This document shows, piece by piece, positions 5,817 to 13,048 of a stretch of 34,669 bases of DNA. This DNA is from a virus: the IMG/VR virus record IMGVR_UViG_3300045988_094729; one strand, given 5' to 3'. Within the stretch, counting starts at the first letter, position 1, and every line of letters starts with the position of its first letter. The notes beneath the pieces were generated by a model. It was given only the letters and a program-made list of their open reading frames with translations. It did no database searches and was not told the DNA's origin. The position numbers were made by a program, and so were the translations under genes.

Positions 5817-6929
5817 ATGGCAAGGCAAAGCGACGGGAGGTATAGGGCTAAAGTAACCGTCGGCAAGGATATGAACGGCGGCAGCGTGATAAAATATGTA
5901 TCCGGGCGCACAAAGAAGGATTTGGAGGCCGCGAAGGAGGCGGTCAAGCAAGAGTTCATCACCGGGCGCACCGCGCAGAAGGACGCGCTTTTCGGCCCAT
6001 ACGCCATACAATGGTATAACGTCTACAAAAAGCCGAATATAAAGGAATCGGCGCAGAGCGGATATAAGACGGCGCTCAACAAGCACATATTGCCGGTGCT
6101 GGGAGATAAGCGGCTCACCGCAATATCCACTATGGATTTGCAGGAGCTGCTTAACTCCAAGGGCGATACGTGCGTAACCATAATCGAAAATGTACACCAT
6201 GTGTTAGAATCCGTCTTTAAGCGGGCATACTCCGAGGGGATAATCCAGCGGGACGTGACCGTGGGGCTGGTCAAGCCCACGAAAGAAAAGTCAAGCCGCC
6301 GGGCGCTGACGGAAGCGGAGGAAGTGGCGGCAAAGAAGCTGATGCAGGAGGAAAACGGCCTGCTGGTGGCATTGCTGTACTACACCGGCATGAGGCTCGG
6401 TGAAGCCCTCGGCCTGCAATGGGAATGTGTAGATTTCAGGAGGAAGGTCATACACGTCCGGCAGCAGGTCAATTTAAGGAAGGGCATGATAACCCCGCCC
6501 AAGACGAAGGAGAGCATACGGGATATACCCCTGCCGGACGAGTTGGCGGAAATGCTCGTGCGGGGATTCCCGCAGGCGTTTGTGTTCCCCGCCACCGATG
6601 GAACATACTACCGCAATTCCTCTTCAAATAGGCTATGGCGTTCGCTGATGGAGCGCATGGCAGAGTTGGAGCCGGACATTGAAACGAGAGAGGACGGCGC
6701 CTCTATCCTCACGCCGCACTACTTCCGGCACAATTACGCCTCCATACTCTATAATGCCGGCGTTGACGTGCTTTCCGCGCAGAAATTCCTCGGCCATGCC
6801 AACGTAAAAGTAACGCTTGAAATTTATTCACACCTTTCAAAGGAAAAAGAGGACGCAAGCGCGGGCGCGGTTATGGACGCTTTCAAAAAAAGGTTGCCGG
6901 AAAGTTGCCAGAATGAAACCACAAAATGA
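5817..6929 (+). CDS. int: tyrosine recombinase / phage integrase
   Basis: YYTGMRLGEALGL (catalytic Arg box), HYFRHNYAS (HxxR) and LGHANVKVTLEIYSH (catalytic Tyr). N-terminal SAM-like arm. Confidence 0.9.
   Translation: MARQSDGRYRAKVTVGKDMNGGSVIKYVSGRTKKDLEAAKEAVKQEFITGRTAQKDALFGPYAIQWYNVYKKPNIKESAQSGYKTALNKHILPVLGDKRLTAISTMDLQELLNSKGDTCVTIIENVHHVLESVFKRAYSEGIIQRDVTVGLVKPTKEKSSRRALTEAEEVAAKKLMQEENGLLVALLYYTGMRLGEALGLQWECVDFRRKVIHVRQQVNLRKGMITPPKTKESIRDIPLPDELAEMLVRGFPQAFVFPATDGTYYRNSSSNRLWRSLMERMAELEPDIETREDGASILTPHYFRHNYASILYNAGVDVLSAQKFLGHANVKVTLEIYSHLSKEKEDASAGAVMDAFKKRLPESCQNETTK
6892..6913 (+). repeat. two tandem GTTGCCRGAA motifs (within the integrase 3' end)
   Basis: ggttgccggaa agttgccagaa. 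The same motif occurs three times at 7112..7142. Confidence 0.7.
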
Positions 6930-6960
6930 GCACAAGCAAGCAAAAAAGCCCTAAACACCT

Positions 6961-6990
6961 AAGAAAAACGCCCGTGCAACACGGGCGTTT
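6961..6990. terminator. bidirectional rho-independent terminator between the convergent int and accessory cassette
   Basis: acgcccg-tgcaaca-cgggcgt stem (6968..6988) flanked by an A-run on the left and a T-run on the right. Confidence 0.7.
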
Positions 6991-7111
6991 CTGATGTTTG
7001 GTATCCGGCGGCTACCCGTTTTTTATTCAGTTCCTTGCAGTTTCTCGTCCGTAAAAAGCGGCTGTTTATCTATATTTTCCGTTTGCGCTCGTTTTAGGGC
7101 TTGAAATAAAA

Positions 7112-7142
7112 GGTTGCCAGAAAGTTGCCGGAAGGTTGCCAG
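7112..7142 (+). repeat. three tandem GTTGCCRGAA motifs; candidate integrase arm-type sites at the attP border
   Basis: ggttgccagaa agttgccggaa ggttgccag, read directly. Confidence 0.7.
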
Positions 7143-7574
7143 TTACGCAGTAAAATATTTTTCAACCTTGAAATCCTTACCGTCTATATCGTTAATGAAA
7201 TCTTTTGCAAGGCTGAAATAAAACTCCGGATCTTCTCCTCTGCCTACCATTTCGGCGGTATCGTGACTGTCGTTGTAGTACATATTCATGCACAGATAGT
7301 ATTTGCATATCGCCGTTATGCCCTTCGTCGCCAGAAACGCCTTGATGGTATCATAGTCCCATTTTTGACCGTATGGGCGCATACCCTTGACTATCTGCCT
7401 CGCCTCTTCGGGAGTTATCCGATATGCTATTTCTTCGAGGCAATACATTGTTTCTCTGTACACCTCCGGCAGACGGTCCTTTACCGTGTGCATCATATCA
7501 GAGAGTGCATCGGTCACCTCTGTCATATCGGTGTGCCTTTCGGATATCAGGCGTATGATCTCCTTAAAGCTCAT
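7143..7574 (-). CDS. hypothetical protein (last gene of the accessory cassette)
   Basis: 143-aa ORF whose start overlaps the upstream stop by 1 nt. No family named with confidence. Confidence 0.65.
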   Translation of the reverse strand: MSFKEIIRLISERHTDMTEVTDALSDMMHTVKDRLPEVYRETMYCLEEIAYRITPEEARQIVKGMRPYGQKWDYDTIKAFLATKGITAICKYYLCMNMYYNDSHDTAEMVGRGEDPEFYFSLAKDFINDIDGKDFKVEKYFTA

Positions 7575-7951
7575 TACTCTGCGCCTCCGTCAATGCTGGC
7601 AAGCCCCTGAGTGCAAGCGGTTTTGCCAAGCATTTTAAAACTGCCGCCCGTGGCGTTGGTTTTGACGATGGTAGCATACCTGGTGCGGGTGCGTATGGCG
7701 CAGGCTGTGACCTGGGCGCAGCAGCTATTTATCAGCGGGTACTGTTCCGTGCCGGCGCCTATGGTGACGAACACGGGCGTGGTTATAGTGGTAGCCGCCG
7801 GGATAGACTGAGCTACCACGATGCAGTATTTCTGATTATCGTTATAGTTGCCTGCCGGGAGGTTGATTATCAGCCCGGTTCCCGCCGTGAAGGTAACGGC
7901 CTGGGAGATTATAAGGTTGGGGCAGAGTTTGCATACATTTTTACAAGCCAT
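7574..7951 (-). CDS. Cys-rich, beta-rich small protein (MACKNVCKLC...SCCAQVTAC...)
   Basis: 125-aa ORF, RBS GAAAGGAGCATAAAAA-ATG, nine Cys residues. Function unknown. Confidence 0.65.
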   Translation of the reverse strand: MACKNVCKLCPNLIISQAVTFTAGTGLIINLPAGNYNDNQKYCIVVAQSIPAATTITTPVFVTIGAGTEQYPLINSCCAQVTACAIRTRTRYATIVKTNATGGSFKMLGKTACTQGLASIDGGAE

Positions 7952-7967
7952 TTTTTATGCTCCTTTC

Positions 7968-7996
7968 AAAAATCAAGGGGCAGCATACGCCGCCCC
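7968..7996 (-). terminator. hairpin plus T-run (attenuator-like) between cassette genes
   Basis: Minus strand reads GGGGCGGCGTATGCTGCCCC followed by TTGATTTTTG. The stem is short. Confidence 0.35.
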
Positions 7997-8019
7997 GATA
8001 TATCACGGCATAGCCGGAA

Positions 8020-8601
8020 TTAGCAGTAGCAGCCGCAATTATTACCACAGAAGGGAGAGTTCCCCGCGTTGTAGGTGTAACCGTTGGGATAGCGGACTAC
8101 TCCGTACATGCGGTTATCCATCTCAAGGCTGGACACTTTGTCCCTGAGAGCCTGCATTTCGTTCGCCTGTATCAGGGAACGGGTGGCCTCGGCCTCGGCG
8201 TGGATAGCGGTGGTTATGTCGCAGGTGTTCTGGTTCATCTGCGCTGAGAGGTTGGCTATACCGAGCCTCTGTTCACAGCAGCAGTTTGCGAGCTGGTTGG
8301 ACAGGTTCCGGCCTTCGGTGGTGATAGCGTTGTTCAGCGCGAAGGTGGAATCACATATACCGTTGCCGATGTTAGTCAGACGGTCATTGATCTGGCCGAA
8401 GTGCTGACCGAAGAGAATTTCCTGCTGAGACGCAGCGGTGGCATACTGTCCAAATTCGCCCTGGCGGTTCCAGCCGCCAAAGCCGCCGCCCATCATAGCA
8501 AAGATCAGGATTAAGGCAAATATCCAGAAGCCTCCGTTGAAGCCGTCAGTCTTGCCATCAGTTACCGCGGCTATATCCGCGAGAGAGGGCATATTATCCA
8601 T
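8020..8601 (-). CDS. Gly-rich N-terminal TM protein with central CCC motif and C-terminal CGNNCGCYC
   Basis: 193-aa ORF with GGFWIFALILIFAMMGGGFGGW, LANCCCEQR, EMQALRDKVSSLE and a Cys-rich tail. Function unknown. Confidence 0.65.
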   Translation of the reverse strand: MDNMPSLADIAAVTDGKTDGFNGGFWIFALILIFAMMGGGFGGWNRQGEFGQYATAASQQEILFGQHFGQINDRLTNIGNGICDSTFALNNAITTEGRNLSNQLANCCCEQRLGIANLSAQMNQNTCDITTAIHAEAEATRSLIQANEMQALRDKVSSLEMDNRMYGVVRYPNGYTYNAGNSPFCGNNCGCYC

Positions 8602-8658
8602 AGTTCTAAAGTTCCTTTCGATTTATATTCCAATCCCGTGCGCGCTTCGGGTAATGGT

Positions 8659-8871
8659 CTACCTTAATTCAGAAAGAATATCCTCGGGGTCTATCCCGTA
8701 TTGCTTGCAGGCCGCATAAAACATCTGTTTAGGGTCGCCGTTGCCTATCATCTGCTTTATCTTCTGTATTTGTCCGGGAACGGACATCATCTGTTTAGCC
8801 TGCGCTATCATTTGTGGGTTGAGTTTCCTCGGACTTCCTCCGCTTAGCATTTGTAGTATCGGGTTTGGCAT
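8659..8871 (-). CDS. small Met/Gln-rich hypothetical protein
   Basis: 70-aa ORF, RBS GGAGGAAATGATAA-ATG. It overlaps the 3' end of the upstream ORF by 77 nt. Confidence 0.5.
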   Translation of the reverse strand: MPNPILQMLSGGSPRKLNPQMIAQAKQMMSVPGQIQKIKQMIGNGDPKQMFYAACKQYGIDPEDILSELR

Positions 8872-9148
8872 TTATCATTTCCTCCAATCTGGCTATTCTC
8901 TGTTCAAGGCCGTTCACATCGACAGGCGGAGCGGGTTTATACGGGGTTATGCTATAAGGCGAGAGAGAGGGGAACCCCGCCCCATCCGTTGTTTTAAGCC
9001 ACACTATGGGGGCCGTTTCGTCCAACAGAAGAACGGAGCTATTAGGGGGCATTTGATATGCCTTTGCGCCGCCCTCGCCGTTCACTTTGACTACTTCGGT
9101 TCGCTGATATTGGGTTTGCTGGTTAAAATAAGGTTGGTATGGATACAC
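8795..9148 (-). CDS. hypothetical protein (VYPYQPYFNQQ...VNGEGGAKAYQMPPNSSVLLLDETAPIVWLKTTDGAGFP)
   Basis: GTG at 9148 lies 9 nt after AAGGGAG. The track ORF extends to an ATG at 9211 that has no RBS. Confidence 0.55.
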   Translation of the reverse strand: MYPYQPYFNQQTQYQRTEVVKVNGEGGAKAYQMPPNSSVLLLDETAPIVWLKTTDGAGFPSLSPYSITPYKPAPPVDVNGLEQRIARLEEMINAKPDTTNAKRRKSEETQPTNDSAG

Positions 9149-9225
9149 TGTTTCACGCTCCCTTCTACCTGAATTTTGGCATAAAAAAAGAGCCGACAGG
9201 ATTGCTCCCATCGGCTATTTATCGG

Positions 9226-9459
9226 CTATTTACAGTGCGTTTTCAGTTGTTTTTCGGCGGCCTTGCACCGCCTGCGTATCTGGTCATATTCAAGGGGTAT
9301 TTCAAATTTAAGCTGGTACTCGCCCGTCAAAGCGTCGTATGGTATCCCGTCTAAAAGGCGGCGGGTTATCAGCCAGCGGTCTTTTTCGTTATGTATCCAT
9401 TCGTGTATGAGTGCTTCCCATTCCGTGCGTGAACGGGAATTAAGCAATGCTTTATCCAT
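9226..9459 (-). CDS. small sigma-70 region-4-like / HTH regulator heading the accessory cassette
   Basis: EWEALIHEWIHNEKDRWLITRRLLDGIPYDAL resembles small phage regulators of the ...RDR.I..RRL.DG.TYE.L type. This is a recollection, not a search. Confidence 0.4.
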   Translation of the reverse strand: MDKALLNSRSRTEWEALIHEWIHNEKDRWLITRRLLDGIPYDALTGEYQLKFEIPLEYDQIRRRCKAAEKQLKTHCK

Positions 9460-9500
9460 TTCAAAGAGGCCCGCTTCTCCAAAAGCCTATACCTCCTTTA

Positions 9501-9529
9501 TAAAAATACGCCCCCCAATTAAGGGGGGC
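9501..9529 (-). terminator. rho-independent terminator after the holin
   Basis: Minus strand reads GCCCCCC-TTAATT-GGGGGGC followed by TATTTTTAT. Confidence 0.75.
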
Positions 9530-9555
9530 TATTGAAAGGGATTCCCGTCCGGGGG

Positions 9556-9756
9556 CTACTGTTTGTTGTAGTTTGCCGAGGATATGCCCAGCACCGCGCC
9601 CAGGAACGTGTCAACGGCGGTGATGGTGCCGACTATCTCCTCGGGATAGGGAAGGTTCCAGATGCCCGCAAGGGCAAAATAGAGGGTGCCTATGGCGGGG
9701 AGCCAGATCAGGGCGATTGCCTTGAGAATGTCGTATACCTTGTTCGAGAGTTTCAT
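9556..9756 (-). CDS. holin (Dp-1-like family)
   Basis: MKLSNKVYDILKAIALIWLPAIGTLYFALAGIWNLPYPEEIVGTITAVDTFLGAVLGIS. RBS TAAAGGAGGAAAAAAC-ATG. Two TM segments. Confidence 0.75.
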   Translation of the reverse strand: MKLSNKVYDILKAIALIWLPAIGTLYFALAGIWNLPYPEEIVGTITAVDTFLGAVLGISSANYNKQ

Positions 9757-9769
9757 GTTTTTTCCTCCT

Positions 9770-10069
9770 TTAATTGTTGTGTGCTTCAAGCCTGTCCAGC
9801 CGGTGGTGGGCGCTTTTCGTGCTTTCTTCCACACGAGCCACGCGGAGGTCTATGTCCTCAATTTTGGTGGCCTGCGCCCGCATATCGAGTTTGATATCGT
9901 CCACGCCGCGCTTGATGTAGTCCACGTCCGATTTAAGCGCGGTATCAATGGCGGTGTCGTGTGTCGCCGCGTCAACCGCGTCCTTTCTCGCGGTCTTTAT
10001 GTGAGCCAACCAGCCCAGCAAAATGCCGCTCAGTCCCGTTACGATTGCCAATATCCATTCTTTGGTCAT
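9770..10069 (-). CDS. lysis-module membrane protein, N-terminal TM plus coiled coil
   Basis: WILAIVTGLSGILLGWLAHI is followed by a heptad-like region. It sits between the endolysin and the holin. Confidence 0.55.
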   Translation of the reverse strand: MTKEWILAIVTGLSGILLGWLAHIKTARKDAVDAATHDTAIDTALKSDVDYIKRGVDDIKLDMRAQATKIEDIDLRVARVEESTKSAHHRLDRLEAHNN

Positions 10070-10081
10070 GGGTGCTCCTCC

Positions 10082-10855
10082 TTATTTTTTTAGTGTGCCT
10101 ACATAGATTTTGCCGTCCACGGATACGGTAGCCTGTAACACCTCCGGCAGTTCCGTTTCCCCGGTGTTTGCATAGTCGCCCGCAAATCGCCGTATGGCCG
10201 CAATGGTGTTTTTACCAGCTATGCCGTCCGCGTCCCCCGCGTCATAGCCCAGGGCGTTAAGGGCGGTCTGTAATGCCTTGATATCGTCGCCCCGCATCAT
10301 GGGGCTCGTCAGGGTTATGATCTTCCGCGCCTTTACCTCCTCCCTTTCTTCCTCCTGCTGGAGCAGGGCAAGCCGCCCCCAGTGCGTCCAGTTGCCATCG
10401 GACAGTTTGCGCTTGCATACGCCATCGTCGCGGCCTTTCGCCTCTATGGTGTAGCCGTCGCCGACGTATACGCCGACATGTACCATTTTCTTGCTGCTTT
10501 CGCTGTACTTGAATACGAGGTCGCCCGGCCATATGGGTGTTTTCCCGACGTAGCCCCTGTTTTCGTCGCACATACGGTAAAGCCCCTGGGCGTTGGTGTC
10601 GCCCTTCATCCAGTGCCTTATGTCGCTGATGTAGTGTACGATGAGGCCAGAACAGTCGAATGCGTAGAGAGGCCGTTTTTCGGCCTTCTCCATGAATTTC
10701 ACGGCGCGGTTGTAATTCGTGTCGCTGGTTTCGCGCCGTTCTATCCATGCGTAGGGGTCGCTCATGCTGTCAACCTGCTGCCCCTGCGCACCCCAGACGT
10801 ACATATCCCCGACATGACTTTCGAGGTATTCTATGAAGCCTGTTACTCTGCTCAT
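10082..10855 (-). CDS. endolysin: NlpC/P60 peptidase plus PG_binding_1 domain
   Basis: YAFDCSGLIVHY (catalytic Cys), MVHVGVYVGDGYTIEAKG (His), C-terminal GDDIKALQTALNALGYDAGDADGIAGKNTIAAIRRF. Confidence 0.85.
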   Translation of the reverse strand: MSRVTGFIEYLESHVGDMYVWGAQGQQVDSMSDPYAWIERRETSDTNYNRAVKFMEKAEKRPLYAFDCSGLIVHYISDIRHWMKGDTNAQGLYRMCDENRGYVGKTPIWPGDLVFKYSESSKKMVHVGVYVGDGYTIEAKGRDDGVCKRKLSDGNWTHWGRLALLQQEEEREEVKARKIITLTSPMMRGDDIKALQTALNALGYDAGDADGIAGKNTIAAIRRFAGDYANTGETELPEVLQATVSVDGKIYVGTLKK

Positions 10856-11406
10856 CTGCGTTTACCTGCTACCGCAAGGCCGAACCCTATCAGGGCTATG
10901 GATACCGCATATGCGAGGACGGAGGCGCCGCCGGTCTTGGGTATCACCACGGGGTTTTTCGCAATGGGCTGTTCGGCGGGCTGTGCGGCGTTGAAATAAT
11001 AAGTCTTGCTGACAGTCCTGTTTTTCTGCATGGCGTTGTAGAGCTCTTCGGCGGTAGTGGCGTTGTCGTATGCCTTGTCCTTGACGGTTATACGGAGGGC
11101 GGCGGGCTGGTCGGTAACTATGCCGCTCAGGTAATATGTGCCAGCCTCCAATCTCAGGTCGTTTGTGTCCAGCTTTACGCCGTCCAGCTCCACAATAAGC
11201 TCCATGTCGGTCAGGTCGTAGAAACGGGGTATGCCCAGGTCAACCTTGAGCAAAAATAGCTCATTATTGACGTAGGTTTTGGATACCGCCTTGCCGGTCT
11301 GGTAGTCCAGCGCGGTTATATCCAGAGTTACGGGGTCTGCGGCGTATGCTATGGTGCAAAGGCACAGCATGAGCATTACCGCGAGGATACAAGTGAGTTT
11401 CTTCAT
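10852..11406 (-). CDS. secreted, sortase-anchored (IPKTG) surface protein
   Basis: Signal peptide MKKLTCILAVMLMLCLCTIAYA. C-terminal IPKTGG followed by ASVLAYAVSIALIGFGLAVAG and KRR. Its stop overlaps the endolysin ATG (ATGA). Confidence 0.75.
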   Translation of the reverse strand: MKKLTCILAVMLMLCLCTIAYAADPVTLDITALDYQTGKAVSKTYVNNELFLLKVDLGIPRFYDLTDMELIVELDGVKLDTNDLRLEAGTYYLSGIVTDQPAALRITVKDKAYDNATTAEELYNAMQKNRTVSKTYYFNAAQPAEQPIAKNPVVIPKTGGASVLAYAVSIALIGFGLAVAGKRR

Positions 11407-11448
11407 TTTGATTTTTTCCTTTCTTTGTTTTTGTTTTTTTTAATTATG

Positions 11449-11468
11449 AAAAAAGAGCCTTGCGGCTC
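11449..11468 (-). terminator. rho-independent terminator
   Basis: Minus strand reads GAGCC-GCAA-GGCTC followed by TTTTTT, directly after the stop at 11470. Confidence 0.7.
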
Positions 11469-11469
11469 C

Positions 11470-11886
11470 TTATTCCGTGTATTCGCTCCATTTGGAGCTG
11501 CCCGCCTTGGGCTTGTAGACGGTGGACTTGATGTGCTGCTCGGTGCATTGCCATGTTTTGCCGTTGTAGGTCACTATGGTGTCCACCTCGATCACCGTGC
11601 CGTCCTCGATGTCGCTCCACGCGGGATAGGTCACGGTCTGTACCGCCCAATATGTGCCGAGGTTTTCAGCAGGTGGTTTGTTGCGGCTGTATTTGAGGGC
11701 GACATACCCACCCTCCACGGTATCTCCGGCGATATAGCGGGTCTCAGCGTCCCACGGTGCGCCCTGGGTAGGGGTGGGGGTAAGCCCCGCCCGCGCCGCC
11801 GTCAGCACCTCTACAAGGTCGGTCTCGTGTGCCTCGATTTCCGCTTTACGCACGGCTACCAGCGCCATAAGTTCACTGCGCGTCAT
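11470..11886 (-). CDS. carbohydrate-binding (chitin-binding type 3 / CBM5-12-like) protein
   Basis: Two W...Y..GD.V...G..Y/W.C...H-type modules: APWDAETRYIAGDTVEGGYVALKY and VTYNGKTWQCTEQHIKSTVYKPKAGSSKW. Confidence 0.55.
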   Translation of the reverse strand: MTRSELMALVAVRKAEIEAHETDLVEVLTAARAGLTPTPTQGAPWDAETRYIAGDTVEGGYVALKYSRNKPPAENLGTYWAVQTVTYPAWSDIEDGTVIEVDTIVTYNGKTWQCTEQHIKSTVYKPKAGSSKWSEYTE

Positions 11887-12208
11887 TTACATTCACCCCC
11901 AGCTCCGCAAGCGCGTCTATATAGTCCTGCGTGGTGGCCTGCGCCTCATGCTCCGTCCAGCTCTGGACTATCGCTTCGCCGCTGTCCTCCCACATTTCGG
12001 TATAATAAAAGCCCTCCTTTGAGGGCATGGGGGAACGGGTCACGGGCTTATAGCCCAGCTCCTTTATTGCCGCATCGTCATTGGTGGAGAGGTGCGCCCC
12101 TGCGGGGTGCGTCACACCGTTGATTATAAGCGGCGCTTGCAACTCAATCGGCAGACGTAAATATTCGGGATACCCGCCCGCCAGCTTGGCATAGTTTGTG
12201 TTTAGCAT
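11873..12208 (-). CDS. hypothetical tail-fibre-region protein
   Basis: 111-aa ORF in the operon, overlapping the next gene by 14 nt. Confidence 0.55.
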   Translation of the reverse strand: MLNTNYAKLAGGYPEYLRLPIELQAPLIINGVTHPAGAHLSTNDDAAIKELGYKPVTRSPMPSKEGFYYTEMWEDSGEAIVQSWTEHEAQATTQDYIDALAELGVNVNDAQ

Positions 12209-12220
12209 TGTATTGCTCCT

Positions 12221-12601
12221 TTATAGAGTAGTAATATAGTTCGCACCAAAGTCGAAATCGTCATAACTTAAATGATATTCACCACGAATGGTAATATCTG
12301 ACGTTACAGTATAATTGTATGTTCCGTCTTTTATTCCCCCAGCAGAGACCTTAACAGCACCATCTACTGTTACGAGACCACCGCCAGTAGGCCAACCTCT
12401 TTCAGTGGTACTATAATCAACACCTATGACCTCATTTGCGCCTACAATAAAACTTCCTCCGGTATAAACTGCGCCATTATATCTTATTGCATTATTGGCG
12501 CGTATACTGGTAGTATGTTGCCCAGTCAACGTAACTGTAAATGTTTTAGGTTTGCTCTTTGACATCATTCTGCGCCGTAAGGCAAACTGCAATGGTATCA
12601 T
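12221..12601 (-). CDS. fibre-tip paralogue B (N-terminus MIPLQFALRRRMMS)
   Basis: 126-aa low-GC ORF with no Shine-Dalgarno of its own. Its ATG overlaps the stop of the leader ORF 12598..12666 (ATGA). Confidence 0.65.
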   Translation of the reverse strand: MIPLQFALRRRMMSKSKPKTFTVTLTGQHTTSIRANNAIRYNGAVYTGGSFIVGANEVIGVDYSTTERGWPTGGGLVTVDGAVKVSAGGIKDGTYNYTVTSDITIRGEYHLSYDDFDFGANYITTL

Positions 12602-12666
12602 AGCGCGTAGGCGCTTTTTATTTTACGGAGGCTGCCCCCCCCCCCCGATAGAATTATTTTACACAT
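12598..12666 (-). CDS. 22-codon leader ORF containing the G12 tract (MCKIILSGGGGSLRKIKSAYAL)
   Basis: AAAGGAGCATACT-ATG (strong SD). In frame through G12. Terminates in ATGA with paralogue B. Confidence 0.35.
   Translation of the reverse strand: MCKIILSGGGGSLRKIKSAYAL
12635..12646. repeat. homopolymer C12 (G12 on the coding strand)
   Basis: Counted directly. It is the longest homopolymer in the window. Confidence 0.95.
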
Positions 12667-12679
12667 AGTATGCTCCTTT

Positions 12680-13048
12680 TTATTCTTGCCATGCTACATA
12701 GCGGTAAGTGCCGGTAAAGTAAACTTGATCATCCGAGCCGACCTTAACGTTTGCAATCGTGAACCCGCTGTCGTTCACAGTAAACTGAACGGATGATGCG
12801 TTCATATACCATGTATCCATGTCAAAACATAATACGTTGCCATCGTATGTACTCAAAACATGAAATTGTAATGCTGATTCCGCCCTCTCTGACGCTATAA
12901 ACACCGCAACATGGTCGGGTCTAAAGCCTGTTTGAGCAGATATTGATATTGTTGTCAAATGGGAATTTCCCGCATCTATCGTTCCCGTTGCTATATTTTT
13001 CGCCTTTGCCATGTTGCTCATCAGCCTCCTTCGTAGCATAGGTATCAT
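12680..13048 (-). CDS. fibre-tip paralogue A (N-terminus MIPMLRRRLMS)
   Basis: ATG at 13048 overlaps the TGA (13047..13045) of the fibre -1 extension. SD GGAGG lies 10 nt upstream. Low GC. Confidence 0.65.
   Translation of the reverse strand: MIPMLRRRLMSNMAKAKNIATGTIDAGNSHLTTISISAQTGFRPDHVAVFIASERAESALQFHVLSTYDGNVLCFDMDTWYMNASSVQFTVNDSGFTIANVKVGSDDQVYFTGTYRYVAWQE

Noticed and set aside
6892-7142. GTTGCCRGAA repeats as a CRISPR-like or tandem-repeat array
   Set aside because: The units are only 11 nt, directly abutting without spacers, and there are five copies in two clusters. They are better explained as recombinase arm sites.
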